64,000 nt of DNA, taken from IMG/VR virus record IMGVR_UViG_3300044630_003672; one strand, 5' to 3'. The position numbers and the translations under genes are program-made. The notes beneath the pieces were generated by a model that saw only the letters and a list, made by a program, of their open reading frames with translations, ran no database searches and was not told where the DNA came from. Below, in pieces: positions 57,004 to 64,000 of this stretch (positions within the stretch are counted from its first letter, which is position 1; each line of letters starts with the position of its first letter). Source of the stretch: a virus. Taxonomy: Duplodnaviria > Heunggongvirae > Uroviricota > Caudoviricetes.

Positions 57004-57795
57004 ATGAAGAACCTTATATCCGAACTATCTACTATCCAAAAAGAGATTAAGGAAATCAGAAACAAACTATTCGCTGAAATAATCACCGAAGGAGTTGATG
57101 ATCCTGGTATTCTTAAATGCATCTTTTTGGCTGGTGGACCGGGTAGTGGTAAATCCTATACTGCAAAGGAAATCTTTGGTGTAGGTAAGGGTGATATTGA
57201 AACCGTATCGGCGGGTGGGTTAAAACTCATCAGTTCGGATACTGCATTTGAACAAGCTCTTAAAAAGAATGGTATTAATCCAAAAGATTTAGCGGATATA
57301 GAAAAGAATGACCCTAACTTCTGGGCTTATATAGCTGGAGAAGAAGGTGATTCAATTCGTAACAAAGCTAAAGCCGTTACACAAAAACAACAAGCATTTT
57401 ACGAGGCAGGGAGATTGGGAATGATAATCGACGGAACAGGAGATGAAATTCTTAAAATCCGTAACAAAAAAGACAGAGCTGAAAAGCTTGGATATGATTG
57501 TTATATGGTATTCGTAAACACTTCGTTGGAAGTTGCGATTAAAAGAAATGCTGAAAGAAGTAGAAGTTTACCTGAATCATTGGTAAGAGAAGTATGGTCT
57601 AAATGCCAAGAGAATATGGGTAAGTTTCAGGGAATATTCCACAACAATTTTATCATAGTAGATAATACGGAATATCAACCAGTTTCTAAATCAGTACAAA
57701 AACAAGTGGATGCATTTTTAAGAAAACCAATTGAAAACCCAATAGGAAAAAAATGGATATTGGGAGCTAGATTAATTAAGAAGCATTTTAAATAG
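57004..57795 (+). CDS. P-loop kinase (zeta-toxin/AAA_33/Pnk kinase-like)
   Basis: IFLAGGPGSGKS, MIIDGTG, VAIKRNAER. Confidence 0.82.
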   Translation: MKNLISELSTIQKEIKEIRNKLFAEIITEGVDDPGILKCIFLAGGPGSGKSYTAKEIFGVGKGDIETVSAGGLKLISSDTAFEQALKKNGINPKDLADIEKNDPNFWAYIAGEEGDSIRNKAKAVTQKQQAFYEAGRLGMIIDGTGDEILKIRNKKDRAEKLGYDCYMVFVNTSLEVAIKRNAERSRSLPESLVREVWSKCQENMGKFQGIFHNNFIIVDNTEYQPVSKSVQKQVDAFLRKPIENPIGKKWILGARLIKKHFK

Positions 57796-57831
57796 GTTAC
57801 GTTACAATTTACAACAAAAATGTAACAACAA

Positions 57832-57957
57832 ATGGCAAAGTCAGTAGGTTCGGCAAACAAAGTATCTTTTGGTAAAAGAAAGAGCAATCCTAATGGTAAG
57901 AAATCGTATGGTCCTAAAGCGCAAGCACCTAAAAAATATAGAGGACAGGGTAGATAA
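57832..57957 (+). CDS. Small basic peptide ending KKYRGQGR (41 aa; missing from the track)
   Basis: Hand translation: MAKSVGSANKVSFGKRKSNPNGKKSYGPKAQAPKKYRGQGR. Confidence 0.6.
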   Translation: MAKSVGSANKVSFGKRKSNPNGKKSYGPKAQAPKKYRGQGR

Positions 57958-57966
57958 AATGGGTTT

Positions 57967-58128
57967 ATGAAAAACGAAAAGGCTTATCTGAAAAAGTTTG
58001 TGTATAATGAAATCGATGAAGAAGAATTATACATAAAAGAGAAAGGCAAGATTAAGAAACTAAAACCAAAGAAGAAAGATTCTAAACCGGTAAAAGGTAA
58101 AAAGAGTTTTTCGGAAGATTGGGATTAA
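57967..58128 (+). CDS. Small Lys-rich hypothetical protein (53 aa; missing from the track)
   Basis: Hand translation: MKNEKAYLKKFVYNEIDEEELYIKEKGKIKKLKPKKK...EDWD. Confidence 0.5.
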   Translation: MKNEKAYLKKFVYNEIDEEELYIKEKGKIKKLKPKKKDSKPVKGKKSFSEDWD

Positions 58129-58139
58129 AATATAGAGTT

Positions 58140-58553
58140 ATGAATAAATGGTTATGGAGAGCGCTCGGCTTACTTTTTGTAGGTTGTGCGTACATAGGAG
58201 CTATTGTACCAGGTATACCTATGACAACCTTTGTGGTACTAGCAGCGTGGGCATTTGCTAAAAGCTCACCGGCATTAAATCATTGGCTACACACACATCC
58301 AACATTTTCACCACACTTAATAAGATGGGAAACTAAAAGTATTTATCCAACAAAAGTAAAATGGATAATGGCTATCACTATGATAGTTAGTTACACTATT
58401 CTATTATTCACACTTTCACACAAACCATTTGCACTTATTGGAATAGCATTGTTTATGTTATTTTGGTTAGTATGGGCGTGGAGATATCCAGGTTCGGAAG
58501 AAGAATATGAACGTAGAGTAAAAGCTGGAGAAAAAATTGGATGGAGAAAATAA
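58140..58553 (+). CDS. ybaN: YbaN/DUF454-family inner membrane protein
   Basis: GAIVPGIPMTTFVVLAAWAFAKSSPALNHWL. Confidence 0.85.
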   Translation: MNKWLWRALGLLFVGCAYIGAIVPGIPMTTFVVLAAWAFAKSSPALNHWLHTHPTFSPHLIRWETKSIYPTKVKWIMAITMIVSYTILLFTLSHKPFALIGIALFMLFWLVWAWRYPGSEEEYERRVKAGEKIGWRK

Positions 58554-58570
58554 TATAATGTATAGTTATA

Positions 58571-59344
58571 GTGATGGAAGATGTTACGGTTATTATTCAA
58601 GGAAGATTACTACCTGAATGTTATGAATTTTGGATAAAGAATTATAAAGATTGTCCTGTCATACTTTCAACTTGGGTAGATACTGAAATAGATTTTAAAA
58701 ATTTACCTGAAAACTTTACCGTATTACTCAGTCCATATCCTTTTGATTTTGGTGCACAAAATCTCAACCTTCAACTAATATCAACTTTAACTGCATTAAA
58801 ACGGGTTGAAACAAAATATGTTATAAAATTAAGAGGAGATGAATATTACTCCAATTTACAATATATTAGAAATTCTATATTAGTTGAACCGCACAAAATA
58901 CACACATCACCTATATTTTTTAGAGCATGGGAATATGCGGAATACCACATATCAGACCATATTGTTGCGGGAACTTTGGAAAATATGTTAGTTATGTTTG
59001 GTGAAACTAAATATAATTTTGATACTGGTAAAGTAAATATTTCTAAATGGAAAGTGGATGGTAAATTTCATAAATGGGTTACCACACATGCGCCGGAAGA
59101 AAGAATTACTAAATCATATTTAAATGCAAAAGAACCATTTAGATTTGAGAAAGTTGATGGTAGAATTATAATGATGGAGCATTTTAATATTTTAGATATT
59201 GAATTACTTCATCCTTATAAAATTAAAGCAAATCTATTTAGAAAAGAATGGACGAGTGGATTTATACCTGAAAGAAATTTTAGTATATCTAGAATAGAAC
59301 AACTATTTGCAGATGACCCTTATAAACGAAATGACGAGAAATGA
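58571..59344 (+). CDS. WavE-like putative transferase
   Basis: VTVIIQG, NLNLQLISTLTAL, YVIKLRGDE, YHISDH. Confidence 0.6.
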   Translation: MMEDVTVIIQGRLLPECYEFWIKNYKDCPVILSTWVDTEIDFKNLPENFTVLLSPYPFDFGAQNLNLQLISTLTALKRVETKYVIKLRGDEYYSNLQYIRNSILVEPHKIHTSPIFFRAWEYAEYHISDHIVAGTLENMLVMFGETKYNFDTGKVNISKWKVDGKFHKWVTTHAPEERITKSYLNAKEPFRFEKVDGRIIMMEHFNILDIELLHPYKIKANLFRKEWTSGFIPERNFSISRIEQLFADDPYKRNDEK

Positions 59345-59808
59345 TTTATATATCACATAGAGGAAACGTAAACGGAAAAATAGAAGAAGCTGAAAATAAG
59401 CCAGAATATATTGATGATGCACTTCAAATGGGATTTGATGTTGAGGTTGATGTTTGGTACATAGATGGTAAATGGTGGCTGGGGCATGATGGTCCGCAAT
59501 ACGAAATAGATTTTAATTGGATAGACGATAGAAGTGCTAGAGTATGGGTACATTGTAAGAATAAGCAGGCTGTTGAATACCTTACTGAAAACGATTATGA
59601 GGCGGCCAATATTAATTGGTTTTGGCATGAGGAAGATACAATGACTTTGACATCGTTTAATTATGTTTGGGTTTATCCTGGTAAACAACCGATTAAGAAA
59701 AGTATAGCCGTAATGCCTGAAATATACAACGATGACGTTTCCAAATGCAGCGGAATATGTTCAGATTATATTCAAAAATACAAAGATGAGAATTTATCCA
59801 CCAAATAA
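59341..59808 (+). CDS. Small glycerophosphodiester phosphodiesterase (GDPD)-like protein
   Basis: ISHRG, PENK-like AENKPE, DVEVDV, WVHCKN, GICSD. Confidence 0.75.
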   Translation: MIYISHRGNVNGKIEEAENKPEYIDDALQMGFDVEVDVWYIDGKWWLGHDGPQYEIDFNWIDDRSARVWVHCKNKQAVEYLTENDYEAANINWFWHEEDTMTLTSFNYVWVYPGKQPIKKSIAVMPEIYNDDVSKCSGICSDYIQKYKDENLSTK

Positions 59809-60187
59809 AATTTATATTTCAAAAAGTCCTGTACATGGATATGGTATATTCGCAAATGAAATAATAGATGCGAATGAAATTATAGAAGAATGCCCTATAT
59901 ATGATTTAAAAATTCAAAAAGGAGAAATGAGTCCCTTAATGAATGATTATCGTTTTAACTGGCCACAAGGTGCTGGTTCGGAATGGCAAAAGCAGGTTTT
60001 GGCATGGGGATATGGGTGTTTATATAATCATTCTGAAAGTGCAAATGCATATTGGCGTTCTAATTTAGAAAAAGAAACATTTGAGTTTGTTTCCAATAGG
60101 CGAATTGAAAAGGATGAAGAAATATTTGTTTGGTATGGTGGTGTGAATTATTGGCAAGATGGTAGAACTAATACGAATGTAATATGA
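59786..60187 (+). CDS. SET-domain lysine methyltransferase
   Basis: SPVHGYGIFA, LYNHSESAN, EEIFVWYG. Confidence 0.88.
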   Translation: MRIYPPNKIYISKSPVHGYGIFANEIIDANEIIEECPIYDLKIQKGEMSPLMNDYRFNWPQGAGSEWQKQVLAWGYGCLYNHSESANAYWRSNLEKETFEFVSNRRIEKDEEIFVWYGGVNYWQDGRTNTNVI

Positions 60188-60999
60188 GAGTAGCGTTATG
60201 TTTTTCAGGTCATATGAGAGACCTAAATGAAACTAAAAATTTTTGGACAGAGCTTATTAAGAAGTATGATATAGATGTATATGCTTCTTTTTGGGATATT
60301 GAAAATCCTGAATTAGGCGATACTATAAAAGAATTTGAAAAAGTATATACTCCTAAACGTTTGGAAGTAGAAAGTTATGATATCTTCAAACAAACCACAC
60401 AGGATTTCGCATCCATGCACATACAATCGCCAACAAATATAGATTTACTTTTTCAGAATACAACTAAAGCGTTTGGGCAACTATCTATGTACTATAAAGT
60501 ATGGAGAGCAAATATGTTATCAAAACAATTAGGAATTGAATATGATATTGTTATACGAACTCGTATTGATATTGTATTAGATGAAAATTTTGAGCTTCAA
60601 TTAAACAATTATTTAAATGTACCAATGGGCAGAGTACAATCTTATACTTGGTCAAATAATTTTGGAATCAATGATTGTTTTGCGTATGGTAGGCCAAAAA
60701 TAATGGATTATTATTCTTTTATATTTTTACAAATGATGGAATACTTAAAACAAGGACACTATGCATTTCCACCCGAACATTTTTTATCGGTACATTTTAG
60801 TAAGATAAAAATGGAAATAAGAGAATTTCCAAATTATATGATTATAACTAGGATATCCAAAGGAACTCAACATGAAGTGTATAACAAATTTATATCACCA
60901 CCTAGAGAAGAAATTCTATGGAGTGATAGGACTGAATTTTTACCGGACCCAAATGGTAGTTTTAAAAAGAGTTCTATAAAAGATGATTTTAACGTTTAA
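60184..60999 (+). CDS. Putative glycosyl/phospho-transferase-like protein
   Basis: RVALCFSGHMR, YDIVIRTRID, INDCFAYG, PEHFL. Confidence 0.5.
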   Translation: MRVALCFSGHMRDLNETKNFWTELIKKYDIDVYASFWDIENPELGDTIKEFEKVYTPKRLEVESYDIFKQTTQDFASMHIQSPTNIDLLFQNTTKAFGQLSMYYKVWRANMLSKQLGIEYDIVIRTRIDIVLDENFELQLNNYLNVPMGRVQSYTWSNNFGINDCFAYGRPKIMDYYSFIFLQMMEYLKQGHYAFPPEHFLSVHFSKIKMEIREFPNYMIITRISKGTQHEVYNKFISPPREEILWSDRTEFLPDPNGSFKKSSIKDDFNV

Positions 61000-61034
61000 T
61001 TCAACAATGATATATTTAATCAAAATATAGTATT

Positions 61035-61202
61035 ATGAATATGGAAAATAAAATTAAAGACATAATAGAAATGCTAGAAGATGCTATTTCATTTGAAGAT
61101 TGGCGTAGAGTGGAAGATGCTAGAAAAGAATTAACATTTTTGTTTGAAGAAATTGAGTCATCATTTCCAATGGATGAATGGGATAATGAAGAACTTGATT
61201 AA
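61035..61202 (+). CDS. Small acidic hypothetical protein (55 aa; missing from the track)
   Basis: Hand translation: MNMENKIKDIIEMLEDAISFEDWRRVEDARKELTFLFEE...EELD. Confidence 0.55.
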   Translation: MNMENKIKDIIEMLEDAISFEDWRRVEDARKELTFLFEEIESSFPMDEWDNEELD

Positions 61203-61213
61203 TACATAAAATT

Positions 61214-61960
61214 TTGAAAAAAACAAAAATATTAGTTACAGGCTTTCCACATACTGGCACATCTATTCTTAAATCTAAATTGGGAGAATGTTCCAATTTA
61301 TACGAAGTGCCTTTTGAAACCCCATTTGTAAGACCAGAAGATATACATTATTCTGGTGATAGAGAAAACATTTTAATAAAATACCCAATGCTACCAGTTG
61401 ATATAAGAGCTGGTGGTATTGCATATACAAGACATCCTGATTCTCGGTACTATGAATATACAATCATTATGGTAATTAGAAATCCTTGGAATGTATATAC
61501 GGGTATGATTAAGGCAGGGAGTACTCCTATGAATAATTTAACAGTGGATGGTGGTAATTCCGAATATCATTCTAAAGTGGAGGAATATGAAGTTGCTGCT
61601 GAATTATTTAGACAAGCTAGAGATAATAACTATCCAAATATATACACAATTAGATATGAAGATTTCTTTCCAAATAATTTTGAAAAGTTACGTGAACTTA
61701 TGGATACGTTAGAGTTGGATTATACGGAAGAAATTTTTACAAATCGTACAAAAGATTATATCCATTGGCCTAACAAGCATTATGCTAATATAAAAGACGA
61801 TGAAACCTATAAATCCGATAGGTACGCATATAGAACTTGGCAGATAAACCAATCGTTTCAAAATATGAATGGTGAAGTTGATATTCCAGAAGAACTTAAT
61901 AAAATTCTAACGGAATCCGATATAATAAAGGAGCTGGGATATTCGGACCCGCGTAATTAA
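61214..61960 (+). CDS. Sulfotransferase-family protein (TTG start)
   Basis: VTGFPHTGTS (5'-PSB loop), IRNP (3'-PB), IRYED. Confidence 0.78.
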   Translation: MKKTKILVTGFPHTGTSILKSKLGECSNLYEVPFETPFVRPEDIHYSGDRENILIKYPMLPVDIRAGGIAYTRHPDSRYYEYTIIMVIRNPWNVYTGMIKAGSTPMNNLTVDGGNSEYHSKVEEYEVAAELFRQARDNNYPNIYTIRYEDFFPNNFEKLRELMDTLELDYTEEIFTNRTKDYIHWPNKHYANIKDDETYKSDRYAYRTWQINQSFQNMNGEVDIPEELNKILTESDIIKELGYSDPRN

Positions 61961-62030
61961 TTGATTTTCAATGACTTATGTAACTCATTGATTTCCAACG
62001 TATTATAACTTATTGATTTCCAATGACTTA
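61954..62030. repeat. Three imperfect 25-nt palindromic repeats
   Basis: TAATTAATTGATTTTCAATGACTTA (61954), TAACTCATTGATTTCCAACGTATTA (61981), TAACTTATTGATTTCCAATGACTTA (62006). Confidence 0.85.
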
Positions 62031-62049
62031 AAAAATATTTCAAAAAATA

Positions 62050-62081
62050 TTTGGTGGTCTGAAAACTTCTTTGTATATTTG
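62050..62081 (+). promoter_or_regulatory. Bacteroidota-type sigma70 promoter
   Basis: TTTG(62050)-N20-TATATTTG(62074). Confidence 0.8.
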
Positions 62082-62112
62082 GGTATATTCATTCAAAATT
62101 AAACCCCTTTAT

Positions 62113-64000
62113 ATGAGTTGGTACACAGATTTTAAGACAGGTACAAAAGACCACCTAGTTAGTGGCAAATCTAAAAAAAGTAAATCATATAGTTCTTATG
62201 GTAAATCTTCTTGGTGGATGGATGATTGGGATTATTCTGCTCCCGTATATTCATCTTATTCCACGAAGGAATTGGCTACAAAGAACTTGTATAAGTTAGC
62301 AGCACATCGTAGAGCGATTGCTAACTTCGTATCTATTGTAACAGGTCAATCTATACCTGTTAAGTTTTCTACCAAAGGTGATTCTTATACCGATGGTAAG
62401 GTAGTAACTATTTCCGCTAACATCGCTGAACCAAAGGAGTTTGACCCGGCGGTGGGTTTGGCACTTCACGAAGGTTCACACATTAAACTTTCCAACTTTG
62501 ACATATTGAGAGATTTGGAAATGGTAATCATTAGAATTATTGGTATTGAAGAATCCAAACGTTTAGATGAAATTTCAAATCAAAAGGGTGTTACATATTT
62601 CGCAGGTGTTGTGAAAGACATATTGAACTATGTAGAAGATAGAAGGATTGATAACTTCATCTACAAATCAGCACCCGGTTATAGAGATTACTATCGTTCA
62701 ATGTATGACAAGTACTTCAATGACCCTGCTATTGATAGGGGTATGAAATCGGATGAATTCACCGAAGAAAACTTTGAATCATATATGTTCCGTTTGATTA
62801 ACTTACATTCAAAGTTCAGTAAACCAAACGCGTTGAAACGTATGCCAGAAATTGCTAGGATTATTAAACTTAATGAGATTAGTAGATTGAAAACAACCGA
62901 AGATGCACTTAAAATAGCATTAGAAGTTTACGCTATTCTTATTGACGCAATCGAACCACTTACTCCACAACAACAACAAAAAGGACAAGGACAGGGTAGC
63001 GGTAATGGGCAAGCCGGTGAAGGTGAGCAAGAGGCTGGTGAAGATGATATTGAAGTTGATATGAGTGGCGATGATGGTGATAGTGAGAATGGTGATAATG
63101 AGAATGGTAGTGGTGATGATGGTGATAGTGATGTGAGTGGTGATGGTAACGAACCTGCCGAAGATGGTAAAGGTGTGAAGGGTAAGATTGTTATTAAACC
63201 TGGTAAAGGTAAAGGTAATGGTAAGCCGGCGGAAGGACGTTTATCTCAAAGACAGATTGATATTATTCGTAAGAAGATAGAAAAACAAAAAGAGTTCTTA
63301 CGTGGTAAGATTAAGAAAGCCAAAGTATCATCAACCGAAGCAAAACAATTGGAATCAATTGAAGAAGCTGGTGCAGAGATGAAAGTTGTAGCACAAGACT
63401 ATTATGGTAATGGTAATTCATTCAAAGGTATTGAGTGTGTTGTGGTTAAGAAGATGACTCGTAACTTAATGGAGCAAGAAAACTTCCCACTTACATCTAA
63501 ACGTTATAATAAGACTGAAGATACGATGTATGACCAATATTCTAAAGAAGTTGCCGAAGGTATTCGTATCGGCACATTGTTGGGTAAGAAAATGCAAGTT
63601 AGAGGTGAGAGTAGAGAAACTATCTTTAACCGTCAGCTTGTAGGTAAGATGGATAAGAGAATGGTATCATCGTTGGGTTATGGTAATGAGCACGTATTCT
63701 ATACTAGAGAGATTGATATGTTTAAGAAAGCTAACCTACATATTTCGGTAGATGCTAGTGGTTCAATGGGTGGTGAGAAGTGGAGAAAAACTATGACTAA
63801 CATCGTAGCATTGGCTAAGGCAGTGGATATGATTCCTAACCTTAATATTCAGATTAGTTTCCGTACAACAACCGGTGAGTTACCTTACATTGTATTGGCT
63901 TACGATAGTAGAGTTGATAAGTTTATGAAGGTTAAACAATTGTTTGGTTACTTACATCCAAACGGAACTACACCTGAAGGATTGTGTTTTGAGGCAGTGA
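62113..64000 (+). CDS. CobT/NorD-like protein: HExxH metallopeptidase-like domain, acidic linker and vWA domain (3' partial; missing from the track)
   Basis: Hand translation: LALHEGSHI, VEDRRID, Asp/Gly/Glu-rich linker, ISVDASGSM (MIDAS), GTTPEG. The frame checks out at the positions sampled up to the window end. Confidence 0.8.
   Translation, partial: MSWYTDFKTGTKDHLVSGKSKKSKSYSSYGKSSWWMDDWDYSAPVYSSYSTKELATKNLYKLAAHRRAIANFVSIVTGQSIPVKFSTKGDSYTDGKVVTISANIAEPKEFDPAVGLALHEGSHIKLSNFDILRDLEMVIIRIIGIEESKRLDEISNQKGVTYFAGVVKDILNYVEDRRIDNFIYKSAPGYRDYYRSMYDKYFNDPAIDRGMKSDEFTEENFESYMFRLINLHSKFSKPNALKRMPEIARIIKLNEISRLKTTEDALKIALEVYAILIDAIEPLTPQQQQKGQGQGSGNGQAGEGEQEAGEDDIEVDMSGDDGDSENGDNENGSGDDGDSDVSGDGNEPAEDGKGVKGKIVIKPGKGKGNGKPAEGRLSQRQIDIIRKKIEKQKEFLRGKIKKAKVSSTEAKQLESIEEAGAEMKVVAQDYYGNGNSFKGIECVVVKKMTRNLMEQENFPLTSKRYNKTEDTMYDQYSKEVAEGIRIGTLLGKKMQVRGESRETIFNRQLVGKMDKRMVSSLGYGNEHVFYTREIDMFKKANLHISVDASGSMGGEKWRKTMTNIVALAKAVDMIPNLNIQISFRTTTGELPYIVLAYDSRVDKFMKVKQLFGYLHPNGTTPEGLCFEAV

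Noticed and set aside
61954-62030. CRISPR mini-array
   Set aside because: Units are adjacent (0-2 nt apart) with no unique spacers, and no cas genes are present.
1-64000. Other minus-strand ORFs in the track (e.g. 7724-8182, 16187-16690, 53453-53899)
   Set aside because: All overlap well-supported + strand genes and show no recognisable motifs.
1-64000. Stop-codon reassignment as in some large Bacteroidota phages
   Set aside because: Core genes (PolB, DnaB, RNR, RecA) are full length in the standard code and coding density is high.

Overview
A 64-kb, AT-rich, gene-dense segment of a large T4-like (jumbo) tailed phage genome. All credible genes lie on the + strand and read in the standard code. 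The host is probably a Bacteroidota species. Evidence for that: about 15 copies of the Bacteroidota primary-sigma promoter (TTTG-N19/20-TAnnTTTG or a TAnnTTTA variant), A-rich start regions mostly lacking Shine-Dalgarno sequences, and DUF4494-like and Hc1-like genes. In order, the window holds: (1) the end of a probable baseplate/tail gene, a tmRNA, a degenerate PolA, a secreted nuclease, a 1424-aa multidomain protein and a GH19 endolysin; (2) a T4-like replication block (gp32 SSB, UvsX/RecA, 5'-3' exonuclease, DnaB, class II RNR, thioredoxin, sliding clamp, PolB, dUTPase, clamp loader) with an embedded AsnB-like amidotransferase, a GNAT and three SPPY amino-methyltransferases, a candidate DNA-modification system; (3) a roughly 30-kb glycan region with about 12 glycosyltransferase-like genes, a Gly-Ser/Thr collagen-like fibre, a subtilisin, two NDP-sugar nucleotidyltransferases, a cupin, a RuBisCO-like protein (form IV), WecB, FkbM, a CysC-like kinase and a sulfotransferase; (4) bS21, HAD, P-loop kinase, degenerate HNH and SET genes; (5) a 25-nt palindromic repeat array followed by a truncated CobT-like peptidase-vWA gene. 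The two strongest candidates for an undescribed system are the RuBisCO-like-protein sugar pathway, which plausibly decorates the virion, and the AsnB/GNAT/MTase module. All family calls come from motif recognition by eye; no database searches were run.
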